Assembly (NCBI GenBank): GCA_035318565.1
Contig: DATHEN010001306.1
Coordinates: forward strand, 1-28,935
DNA length: 28,935 bases
DNA from: Polyangiaceae bacterium
GTDB lineage: Bacteria; Myxococcota_A; Polyangia; Polyangiales; Polyangiaceae
Reading direction: 5' to 3'
A program made the translations under genes and the position numbers. Positions 15,089-22,723 of this stretch are shown in pieces. How positions within the stretch are numbered: the stretch's first letter is position 1; the number at the start of each line of letters is the position of its first letter. The notes under the pieces are model-generated. The model did not search any database. It worked only from the letters and a program-made list of their open reading frames with translations, and was not told the DNA's origin.

Positions 15089-17974
15089 ATGACGAAGCTG
15101 CGTGTCTATGAAGTGGCTCGCGATCTGGGCCTGGATAACAGAGCGCTCGTCGCGCTGTTGCAGGCGGTCGGTCAGTCGGACGTGCGCAACCACATGAGCG
15201 CGGTGGCTCCAGAGGCGATCGAGCGTGTCAAACGCCAGCTCGAGAAGCAGCAGTCACACAAGGTCGTGGAAGAGCGCATCCGGCCCACGGTCGTGAAGCG
15301 TCGCGCGGTGCAGCGCCCCGGTGCCGAAGCTCCAGCATCGGCTCCGACGCACCCGAAGCCCGCTGCGGCTCAGCCTGCGTCGCGTGAGCCCGCAGCGGTT
15401 CCGATGCGCGCCGAGAGCGTAGGCTCGTCTCCGCGCTCCGCGCCGCTGCCGGCGCGGCCGCCAAGCGTCGTCGATTTGCCGAAGCCAGCGGCTCCCCGAG
15501 CGCCGCCCGCTTCCGCGCCGGCCGCGAGTGCCGCGCCCGTGCCTGCGCCGGAGCCTGCTGCGCCGCCGCCTGCCCCTTCGTTCGAGCCCACGCCGGTCGT
15601 GACCGCGACCGCCGCAGCCGCTTCGAGCGTTGCAACGCCCGTAAAAGCGCCCAGCCCGGACACGGACGGCGCCAGCGCATCGGCCCGCGCCGCCGCGAGC
15701 GCTCCCGTCAGCTCTCCAATGATAACTCCTACCGTCGCGAGCCAACCGCAACCTGCCGCAGCATCCTCAATGCCCGAACCTGCTCCTGCTGCTCCCCCCG
15801 CTCCTGCTGCGCAGCCTGCAACGACCGCGCGCACTCCGGCTGCACCTGCTGCTCCGTCGGTCCAAGCGGCGGCACCGGCCGTGCAGACGCCGGAACCGCC
15901 CCGCCGGCCCTCGAGCCCTCCCAAGACGGGTATCGATGTCTGGGAAGGCCGTCCCGGCGTACCGATGCCGCAAGCGCCGCGCGGAGCCCCCACGCCGCGC
16001 CGCGTTCAGTACGACGCCAAAGCCGGCGGAGGGCTAGCCAGTCGCGGCGGTCCACGCGGCCCGATGATGGGCGGCCGTCCAGGCGGAGGCGGTCCGGGCG
16101 GTCCGGGCGGTCAGCGTGGCATGCGCCATCGCGGCATTGGCTCACTGGCTCGCGCCAAAGGCACGGGCCAGCCCGTGACGCAGGAACGGTCCGCGCACAA
16201 GAAGGTCGTCCGCATCGAGGAATCGATCGGCCTTCAGGGCCTGGCCGGCAAGATCGGCGCCAAGGCCACCGAGGTGCTGATGAAGCTCATTCGCCTCGGC
16301 ATGACGGGAGTGAACATCAACAGCACGCTCGACGCCGAGACGGCGAAGATCGTCGCCAACGAGTTCGGCTGGGAAGTCGAAGACGTCGCAGTCAGCGAAG
16401 AGGCCGCGCTCGTTGCCGCTCAGGGCATCGACGCCGAGCCCGAGGAGCTCGGCAGGCTACACCGGCCCCCGGTGGTCACCGTGATGGGTCACGTCGATCA
16501 CGGCAAGACCAGCTTGCTCGACCGAATTCGCAAGGCGAACGTGGTGGCCGGCGAAGCCGGCGGCATCACCCAGCACATCGGCGCGTACTCGGTGGAGACG
16601 CCGCGCGGCCCCATCACCTTCCTGGATACACCGGGCCACGAAGCGTTCACGGCCATGCGCGCGCGCGGCGCGCAAACCACGGACGTGGTGATCCTGGTGG
16701 TGTCGGCGGACGACGGCGTGATGCCGCAGACGCGAGAAGCCATCAATCACGCCAAGGCCGCGAAGGTGCCGATCGTGGTTGCGATCAACAAGATCGACAA
16801 GCCCGACGCGCAACCCGAGCGCGTGCGCCGCGAGCTCAGTGAAGTGGGCCTCGTGCCGGAAGACTGGGGCGGCGATACCCTGTTCACCGAGGTGAGCGCC
16901 CTGACTGGCGACGGCGTGGACAACCTGCTCGAGCAGGTCGCGCTGCAGGCCGAGCTGCTCGAGCTGCGCGCCAACCCGAACAAGCCCGCCAGCGGCGTGG
17001 TCGTGGAAGCCGAGCTCGATCGCGGCAAGGGTCCCGTCGCCACCATTCTGGTGACCGAGGGAACGCTCACCCGCGGCGACGTGATCCTGGCCGGTGGTGT
17101 TTACGGCAAGGTGCGCGCGATGAGCGATTCGCTGGGGCGAAACCTCAACGTGGCCGGGCCTTCCACCCCGGTGTTCGTGATCGGCCTCAGCGACGTGCCC
17201 AACGCCGGTGACCCGGTGCACGCCGTCAAGGACATGAAGCTCGCCGAGCAGATCGCCAGCTCGCGCAAGATCAAAGAGCGCCGCAGCTTGATGCCCAGCA
17301 CCGGCGGCCCCCGCATGACGCTCGAAGAGCTCGCCCAGCGCATGAAGGAAGCCGACCAGCTCGAGCTGAAGCTCATCATCAAGGCGGACGTGCAAGGCTC
17401 GGTCGAAGCCGTGTCCGACGCGCTCACGCGCCTGTCCACGGACAAGGTGCGCGTTACCGTCGTTCACTCGGGCGCGGGTGCCATCACCGAAGGTGACGTG
17501 AACCTGGCGGTCGCCGCCGACGCGATCATCATCGGCTTCAATGTGCGCCCCGCGGGCAAGGCCGCGGCTCTGGCGCAAAAAGAGACGGTCCAGATCCGGC
17601 AGTACACCATCATCTACAACGTGGTGGATGAGATCAAAGCGGCCATGGAAGGCCTGCTTGCGCCGACGCTGGTCGAAAAGACCATCGGCAAAGCCGAAAT
17701 CCGCCAGCTGTTCAAGATTAGCAAGGCGGGCATGGTCGCCGGCTGCATGGTGCTCGAAGGTCTGATTCGCCGCTCCGCCCAGGTGCGTCTGACCCGCCCG
17801 GAAGAGGGCTTGCTCTGGACGGGCAAGCTGAGCAGCTTGAAGCGCTTCAAGGACGACGTCCGCGACGTCAAAGAAGGCTTCGACTGCGGTATAGCGCTCG
17901 ACGGCTACAACGACCTGAAGCTCGGTGACGTCATCGAGTGCTTCGAGGTCGAAGAAGTCAAGCAAACGCTCTGA
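15089..17974 (+). CDS. infB: Translation initiation factor IF-2
   Basis: [14 protein letters not shown]-domain, Pro/Ala linker, [41 protein letters not shown] and [17 protein letters not shown] before ATG 15089. Confidence 0.98.
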   Translation: MTKLRVYEVARDLGLDNRALVALLQAVGQSDVRNHMSAVAPEAIERVKRQLEKQQSHKVVEERIRPTVVKRRAVQRPGAEAPASAPTHPKPAAAQPASREPAAVPMRAESVGSSPRSAPLPARPPSVVDLPKPAAPRAPPASAPAASAAPVPAPEPAAPPPAPSFEPTPVVTATAAAASSVATPVKAPSPDTDGASASARAAASAPVSSPMITPTVASQPQPAAASSMPEPAPAAPPAPAAQPATTARTPAAPAAPSVQAAAPAVQTPEPPRRPSSPPKTGIDVWEGRPGVPMPQAPRGAPTPRRVQYDAKAGGGLASRGGPRGPMMGGRPGGGGPGGPGGQRGMRHRGIGSLARAKGTGQPVTQERSAHKKVVRIEESIGLQGLAGKIGAKATEVLMKLIRLGMTGVNINSTLDAETAKIVANEFGWEVEDVAVSEEAALVAAQGIDAEPEELGRLHRPPVVTVMGHVDHGKTSLLDRIRKANVVAGEAGGITQHIGAYSVETPRGPITFLDTPGHEAFTAMRARGAQTTDVVILVVSADDGVMPQTREAINHAKAAKVPIVVAINKIDKPDAQPERVRRELSEVGLVPEDWGGDTLFTEVSALTGDGVDNLLEQVALQAELLELRANPNKPASGVVVEAELDRGKGPVATILVTEGTLTRGDVILAGGVYGKVRAMSDSLGRNLNVAGPSTPVFVIGLSDVPNAGDPVHAVKDMKLAEQIASSRKIKERRSLMPSTGGPRMTLEELAQRMKEADQLELKLIIKADVQGSVEAVSDALTRLSTDKVRVTVVHSGAGAITEGDVNLAVAADAIIIGFNVRPAGKAAALAQKETVQIRQYTIIYNVVDEIKAAMEGLLAPTLVEKTIGKAEIRQLFKISKAGMVAGCMVLEGLIRRSAQVRLTRPEEGLLWTGKLSSLKRFKDDVRDVKEGFDCGIALDGYNDLKLGDVIECFEVEEVKQTL

Positions 17975-17975
17975 G

Positions 17976-18003
17976 CTAGCGCGCAATCTGCGCTGCGCGC
18001 TAG
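17976..18003 (+). terminator. GC hairpin after infB (possible terminator)
   Basis: CTAGCGCGCA/TGCGCGCTAG perfect 10-bp arms starting 2 nt after the stop. There is no U-tract. Confidence 0.45.
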
Positions 18004-18129
18004 GCGCGGCGCACATTCCGTGCTGAGTGCGAACGTGCGCGAACAGGATCGCACGTGACCCGAGTTCCGCGATTCGCTGCGGTTGGCGGATTTTTGCGCG
18101 ATCATTGCGAAAACGTTCGAAGATCGCAG

Positions 18130-18146
18130 TCGGCATACAGCGTGCT
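18130..18146 (+). promoter_or_regulatory. Putative sigma54 (-24/-12) promoter
   Basis: TCGGCATACAGCGTGCT has GG-N10-GC spacing (GG 18132-33, GC 18144-45), about 45 nt before ATG 18189. Confidence 0.45.
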
Positions 18147-18188
18147 TACGGGACTTGCATCCATTCCACACGAATTTGCGAGTGCCCC

Positions 18189-20414
18189 ATGAACACACGA
18201 CGCTATGCGATCCTGTTGAGTCTGTTCGCGCTGCCCGGCTGCGGAGATGCGGGTGAGACGCGCGCTGCTCCGAGCGCCGAGAGCCTCACCGCGAGTGAAT
18301 CACCGACGATCACCGTGAGCCAGAGCACTGACCTGGTCGACGGTCAGATCGTCACCGTGAACGGCAGCGGCTTTACGCCGGAGTCGTACGGGTTCGTGTG
18401 GCAGCTCTGCCGCGACTTTTTCCCGTGCGTACCGCACTATGGCTTCAGTCCGACGGACGAGAGCGTCACCTACCACGTTGGCACGGACGGAACCTTCCAG
18501 CTCACGCTGCCTGCGAAGCTCACGCTGTACTCACTGCCGGACGGCGCGGCGCGCTCGTGCGCAGAACCGGGCGCTTGTTTGATCCGGGTGAGCAATCAGA
18601 GCGGCGCGGGCACTCAGCACGATTTTCCGTTGAGCTTCCGAGCAGCGTCAGTGCCTCCGGCTCAGAAAGGCACGGCAACCATCGTTTCGAGCACCCCCCT
18701 CACCTCGGGTGCATTGCTGCGCGTACAAGGAGCGGGCTGGTTGCCTTCGCGCATGTTGTCCGTGCGGACTTGCAGCGGCGCCGGCTACACGCAGTGTAAC
18801 TACAGCCGCGCTCTGAACGCGGATGCGAGCGGCGCGTTCGCGTTCACGGAGGCGCAGGCGCCCACGTTTCTTCCCAACGATCCGAGCGGGAGCTCGGAGT
18901 ATGTGGATTGCGCGGCTGCGCCAAACCTGTGTGCGCTGCAAATCGCCGATCCGTTCGACTTCGCAGGCACCGCCGTCGCGCTGCCGCTCACGTTCCCGCC
19001 GCCGGGAACGCCGACCACACTCTCCGCGACGCTCGTACCGAACCAGAACCTGCGCGACGGAGAAGTCATCACGCTCCAGGTAAGCGGATTTCCACCCGAC
19101 TGGAGTGTGACCTACTGCCAGCGCGGCAGCGATCAACCACAATGTGGCGGGCCATTCGTGCCCGGAGGGGCCACCGACGCGAACGGTGTGTTCCAGGGAC
19201 CGCTGCTGGTGCGGCGCGCGTGGGGCAATCCCGGTAGCCAGTGGGGAACCTGCGTGCCCCACGATCCGACCAACCCGTTCGGACCTTGTACGTTCGTCGA
19301 AGGAGGGCCGTACACCTGCAACACACCGGGCTCGTGCGTAGTAGACGTTGACGTGTCCTTCGGAGGCGTCAGCCAGAGTTTCGATCTACCGCTCGACTTC
19401 ATCCCCCAGGCGCCGCAAGCAGGGACCTTGCAACTGGCTTCGAGCAGCGTCACCGCAGGCACTCCGATCCAGGTGACGGGCAGTGGTTGGGGAACCGTCG
19501 GCAGCGTGCGGGTGAGCCTCTGCCGCAAGAATTCTACCAGTGACGAAACCTGCCGATCTCCTGCGGTAGTCCAAGTTGCTCAGGACGGCAGCTTCTCGAC
19601 CTCGCTCACGGCAGCAACCTTCGTCAAATACAACACCATCCCGTTTGGACAGAACCCGCCATTCCATATCTGGAACGATTGCACGGCCGCTCCTGGAGCT
19701 TGCGTGGTTCACGTTCAGGACAGCGCCAACTCGGACGTTTCCGCTGAGGTACCTCTCACCATAACGCCCGCCGCGGGCGCCGGCAGCGTGGAGATGGAGC
19801 TCAGAAGTCCGCTCATTTCCGGTCTGCACGTTCGCACCGTGGGCGCTGGCTGGCCGGCAGCGCGCAACCTGCGAATCCTGACGTGCAACGCCGGGACCTG
19901 CCAGGAAATGGGTCCGGTCACGACGGACGCGAGCGGAGCTTTCCGGGGATACGCCCTGGTCTTGGCTCCACTCAATCGATCCGCGGAGTGCGAGAGCGCG
20001 CCGGGCGCCTGCACGCTGACTGCGCTCGACCTTTCGACGACCCCAACCAGCGCTGGTGTGCACGTTCCTCTCACGTTTGCGCAAGGCGATCACTTCGACG
20101 TCACGACGCACTACGAACCCAAGTGGCAAGACCTGCTAGCAAGCGGCGTGAGCGCGTCCGGCTTGCCCGCGAGCGAGCTTCAGCGCACTGGCGCGGCCGT
20201 AACGGTATGGCTCTTCGCCGTCAGCGGGACCACCACTGGACCACGCCTGCCCATAGCGGGCAGCATCAGTCACACGACGAGCTACACGGCCGACGAGTAT
20301 CGACAGTGGTCAGCCACCGCTGCCAACTACGACTACACCGTGGACGAGCTGCAAAAAGTGGGAGCGCTGTTCTGGGCGTGGCTCCTCGCCGGTCAGCCGC
20401 CCTTGCCCAACTGA
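18189..20414 (+). CDS. Lipoprotein with five neocarzinostatin-apoprotein-like domains (paralog A)
   Basis: Lipobox-like LPGC and TITVSQSTDLVDGQIVTVNGSGF. Five repeats of the pattern G..(V/I).V.GxG(F/W)...C..C...C....C..(V/I). Start at ATG 18189; the ORF caller extends it to 18027. Confidence 0.75.
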   Translation: MNTRRYAILLSLFALPGCGDAGETRAAPSAESLTASESPTITVSQSTDLVDGQIVTVNGSGFTPESYGFVWQLCRDFFPCVPHYGFSPTDESVTYHVGTDGTFQLTLPAKLTLYSLPDGAARSCAEPGACLIRVSNQSGAGTQHDFPLSFRAASVPPAQKGTATIVSSTPLTSGALLRVQGAGWLPSRMLSVRTCSGAGYTQCNYSRALNADASGAFAFTEAQAPTFLPNDPSGSSEYVDCAAAPNLCALQIADPFDFAGTAVALPLTFPPPGTPTTLSATLVPNQNLRDGEVITLQVSGFPPDWSVTYCQRGSDQPQCGGPFVPGGATDANGVFQGPLLVRRAWGNPGSQWGTCVPHDPTNPFGPCTFVEGGPYTCNTPGSCVVDVDVSFGGVSQSFDLPLDFIPQAPQAGTLQLASSSVTAGTPIQVTGSGWGTVGSVRVSLCRKNSTSDETCRSPAVVQVAQDGSFSTSLTAATFVKYNTIPFGQNPPFHIWNDCTAAPGACVVHVQDSANSDVSAEVPLTITPAAGAGSVEMELRSPLISGLHVRTVGAGWPAARNLRILTCNAGTCQEMGPVTTDASGAFRGYALVLAPLNRSAECESAPGACTLTALDLSTTPTSAGVHVPLTFAQGDHFDVTTHYEPKWQDLLASGVSASGLPASELQRTGAAVTVWLFAVSGTTTGPRLPIAGSISHTTSYTADEYRQWSATAANYDYTVDELQKVGALFWAWLLAGQPPLPN

Positions 20415-20430
20415 TCGCTAGGGTGAATCG

Positions 20431-22647
20431 ATGAGAGCACGGCAGATTGTAGTCGGCGCGGGGGTGCTCGTGCTGGCGGGGTGCGGGAATGGCGCTGAGA
20501 ACGAGCACGCTCCCAGCACGGAAAGCGTCACCGCCAGCCAAACGCCCACGGTCAGCGTCAGTGCCACTACGGACCTGGTGGATGGCCAGGCGCTGACCAT
20601 CACGGGCAGTGACTTCCGACCGGGATCCTTCGGATACTTTTCTCAGCTCTGTCGCGATTTTTTCGCCTGCGCCCCGTACTACGGCTTCAGCCCGCTCCGC
20701 GCAGAGAACACATTTCAGGCGGACGCCAGCGGATCCTTTCAAGCCACGTTACCCGTCCAATCGATGCTGTACACACTGGCTGACGGCCTCCCGCACTCGT
20801 GCGCGGAGCCCGGCGCGTGCGTGATCAGCGTGAGCAATGGCTCGGGAACCGAGAGCCGAATCCCGCTGAGCTTCAGAGCGGCACCGCCGCCCGCGCCAGC
20901 CCAGAAGGGTACGGCGAGCATCGCTTCCGTCACTCCCCTCACCTCGGGCGTGCTGCTACGCCTGCAGGGCGCCGGTTGGGTGCCTTCGCGCATGCTATCG
21001 ATGCGCCGGTGCACGGGCGCCGGCTTCACTGAGTGCGGTTCCAGCGCGGCCCTATACGCTGACGCAAGCGGCGCGTTCGACATCACGAGCACCCAGGGGT
21101 CCACGTTCTTCATCAACGACCCGAGCGGTGCGACGACGGAAATCGAATGCGCGGCAGCGCCCGGGCTGTGTGCGCTGCAGATCGCCGATCCGTTCGACTT
21201 TACTGGCACTGCCGTAGTTCTGCCGCTCACCTTCCCGCCGCCGGGAACGCCGACCCCGCTGTCCGCCACTTTGGTACCGAACGCAGCTCTGCGCGACGGA
21301 GACGTCATCAGCGTCCAGGTGAGTGGATTTCCTGCCGGCTGGTTCGTGAGCTACTGCCAGCGCGGGAGCGATCAACAAGACTGTGCCGGGCATGTCCCGC
21401 GCGGAGGCTACACCGATCAAAATGGTGTATTTCAGGGACCGCTGCTGGTGCGCCGGGCGTGGGGTAATCCGGGCAGCCAGTGGAGCACGTGTGTGCCGTA
21501 CGACACGGACAGCCCGTTCGGGCCTTGTCAATTTTACGGCGGCGAAGCGTATTCCTGCGATACGCCGGGCGCGTGCGAGGTCGTGGTGACTGCGTACCTC
21601 GGCGGGGGGAGTCAGACCTTCGAGCTACCACTGAATTTCATCCCGGAGGCTCCCACCGCGGGCACGATCGCTTTGGCTTCGAGCACGGTCAGCGCGGGCA
21701 GCCCGATCCAGGTGACGGGAAGCGGCTGGGGAACGGTCGGCAGCGTGCGGGTCAGCCTGTGCCGTAAGAACTCCACGAGCGCCGAAACCTGCCGGGATCC
21801 CAAGGTCGTTCCCGTCTCGCAGAGTGGCACGTTCTCGGCTTCTCTGACCGCGGCCAGCTTCGTGAAGTTCAATGAGATCCCGTTCGGGCAAAACCCGCCG
21901 GCCCACATCTGGCACGATTGCACCGTGCCAGGAAACTGCGTGGTCCACGTGCAAGGCAGCACCAACTCCGAAATCGCAACGGAGCTGCCCGTTACCGTGA
22001 CAGCGAGCAACGCAGGGGGGAGCGTCAGCCTGGACCTGCGAAGCGCGCTCATACCCTGGCTCACCGTGCGCACGCACGGAAGCGGCTGGCCAGCTCAACG
22101 AAGCTTGCGCGTCATGACGTGCGGCGCGCAGGTTTGCACGGAAATGGCTACGGTCACCACGAATGCCTCGGGCGCGTTTCGCGACTATATTTCGCTCGGG
22201 ACGCCGTTCGACCAGTCCACGGACTGCAACCAGCCGGGCGCATGTTCGCTGAGCGTTCTGGACCTGTCCGGGATACCCACCACGGTGGGGCCCCACGTTC
22301 CGCTCACCTTCGCGCAGGGTGACAGCTTCGATGTCACTTCGCACTACGAAGCCAAGTGGCAAGACTTGCTGGCCAGCGGGGTCAGCGTCTCCGGATTGCC
22401 GGGCGGCGAGCTTCAGCGCACGGGTGCCGCCGTGACGGTCTGGCTGTTCGCTGTCAGTGGAACTACCACCGGTCCACGGCTACCGGTCACGGGTGATACC
22501 AGCTACACGACGAGCTACACGGCCAATGAATATCGGCAGTGGTCGCAAGTGGCGGCCGGGCACGACTACACTTTGGACGAGCTGCAAAAGGTGGGAGCAC
22601 TGTTCTGGGCCTGGCTCCTCAGCGGTCGGCCGCCCCTGCCGAACTGA
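20431..22647 (+). CDS. Lipoprotein with five neocarzinostatin-apoprotein-like domains (paralog B)
   Basis: Lipobox LAGC. Colinear with paralog A end to end, with many identical blocks such as LQIADPFDF.GTAV.LPLTFPPPGTPT, WGTVGSVRVSLCRKNSTS and DELQKVGALFWAWLL. Confidence 0.75.
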   Translation: MRARQIVVGAGVLVLAGCGNGAENEHAPSTESVTASQTPTVSVSATTDLVDGQALTITGSDFRPGSFGYFSQLCRDFFACAPYYGFSPLRAENTFQADASGSFQATLPVQSMLYTLADGLPHSCAEPGACVISVSNGSGTESRIPLSFRAAPPPAPAQKGTASIASVTPLTSGVLLRLQGAGWVPSRMLSMRRCTGAGFTECGSSAALYADASGAFDITSTQGSTFFINDPSGATTEIECAAAPGLCALQIADPFDFTGTAVVLPLTFPPPGTPTPLSATLVPNAALRDGDVISVQVSGFPAGWFVSYCQRGSDQQDCAGHVPRGGYTDQNGVFQGPLLVRRAWGNPGSQWSTCVPYDTDSPFGPCQFYGGEAYSCDTPGACEVVVTAYLGGGSQTFELPLNFIPEAPTAGTIALASSTVSAGSPIQVTGSGWGTVGSVRVSLCRKNSTSAETCRDPKVVPVSQSGTFSASLTAASFVKFNEIPFGQNPPAHIWHDCTVPGNCVVHVQGSTNSEIATELPVTVTASNAGGSVSLDLRSALIPWLTVRTHGSGWPAQRSLRVMTCGAQVCTEMATVTTNASGAFRDYISLGTPFDQSTDCNQPGACSLSVLDLSGIPTTVGPHVPLTFAQGDSFDVTSHYEAKWQDLLASGVSVSGLPGGELQRTGAAVTVWLFAVSGTTTGPRLPVTGDTSYTTSYTANEYRQWSQVAAGHDYTLDELQKVGALFWAWLLSGRPPLPN

Positions 22648-22686
22648 TCCGCTGAAGCGCGCTCGCTCGAGCAAAGACGCAAAAGT

Positions 22687-22723
22687 ATGCTAAAAGCGCG
22701 GGTACTTAAGTCGCTTTTAGCAT
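22687..22723. promoter_or_regulatory. Perfect 12-bp inverted repeat overlapping a -10-like hexamer and the start codon
   Basis: ATGCTAAAAGCG-N13-CGCTTTTAGCAT. TATGCT lies at 22686-22691 and the right arm overlaps ATG 22722. Confidence 0.55.

Noticed and set aside
15300-16100. Pro/Ala-rich and Gly-rich stretch in infB as an insertion or repeat element
   Set aside because: It is the ordinary low-complexity IF-2 N-terminal linker, in frame, with no discrete DNA repeat unit.
17975-18188. Mobile-element boundary or attachment site after infB
   Set aside because: No integrase, transposase, tRNA or flanking direct repeats were found in the window.
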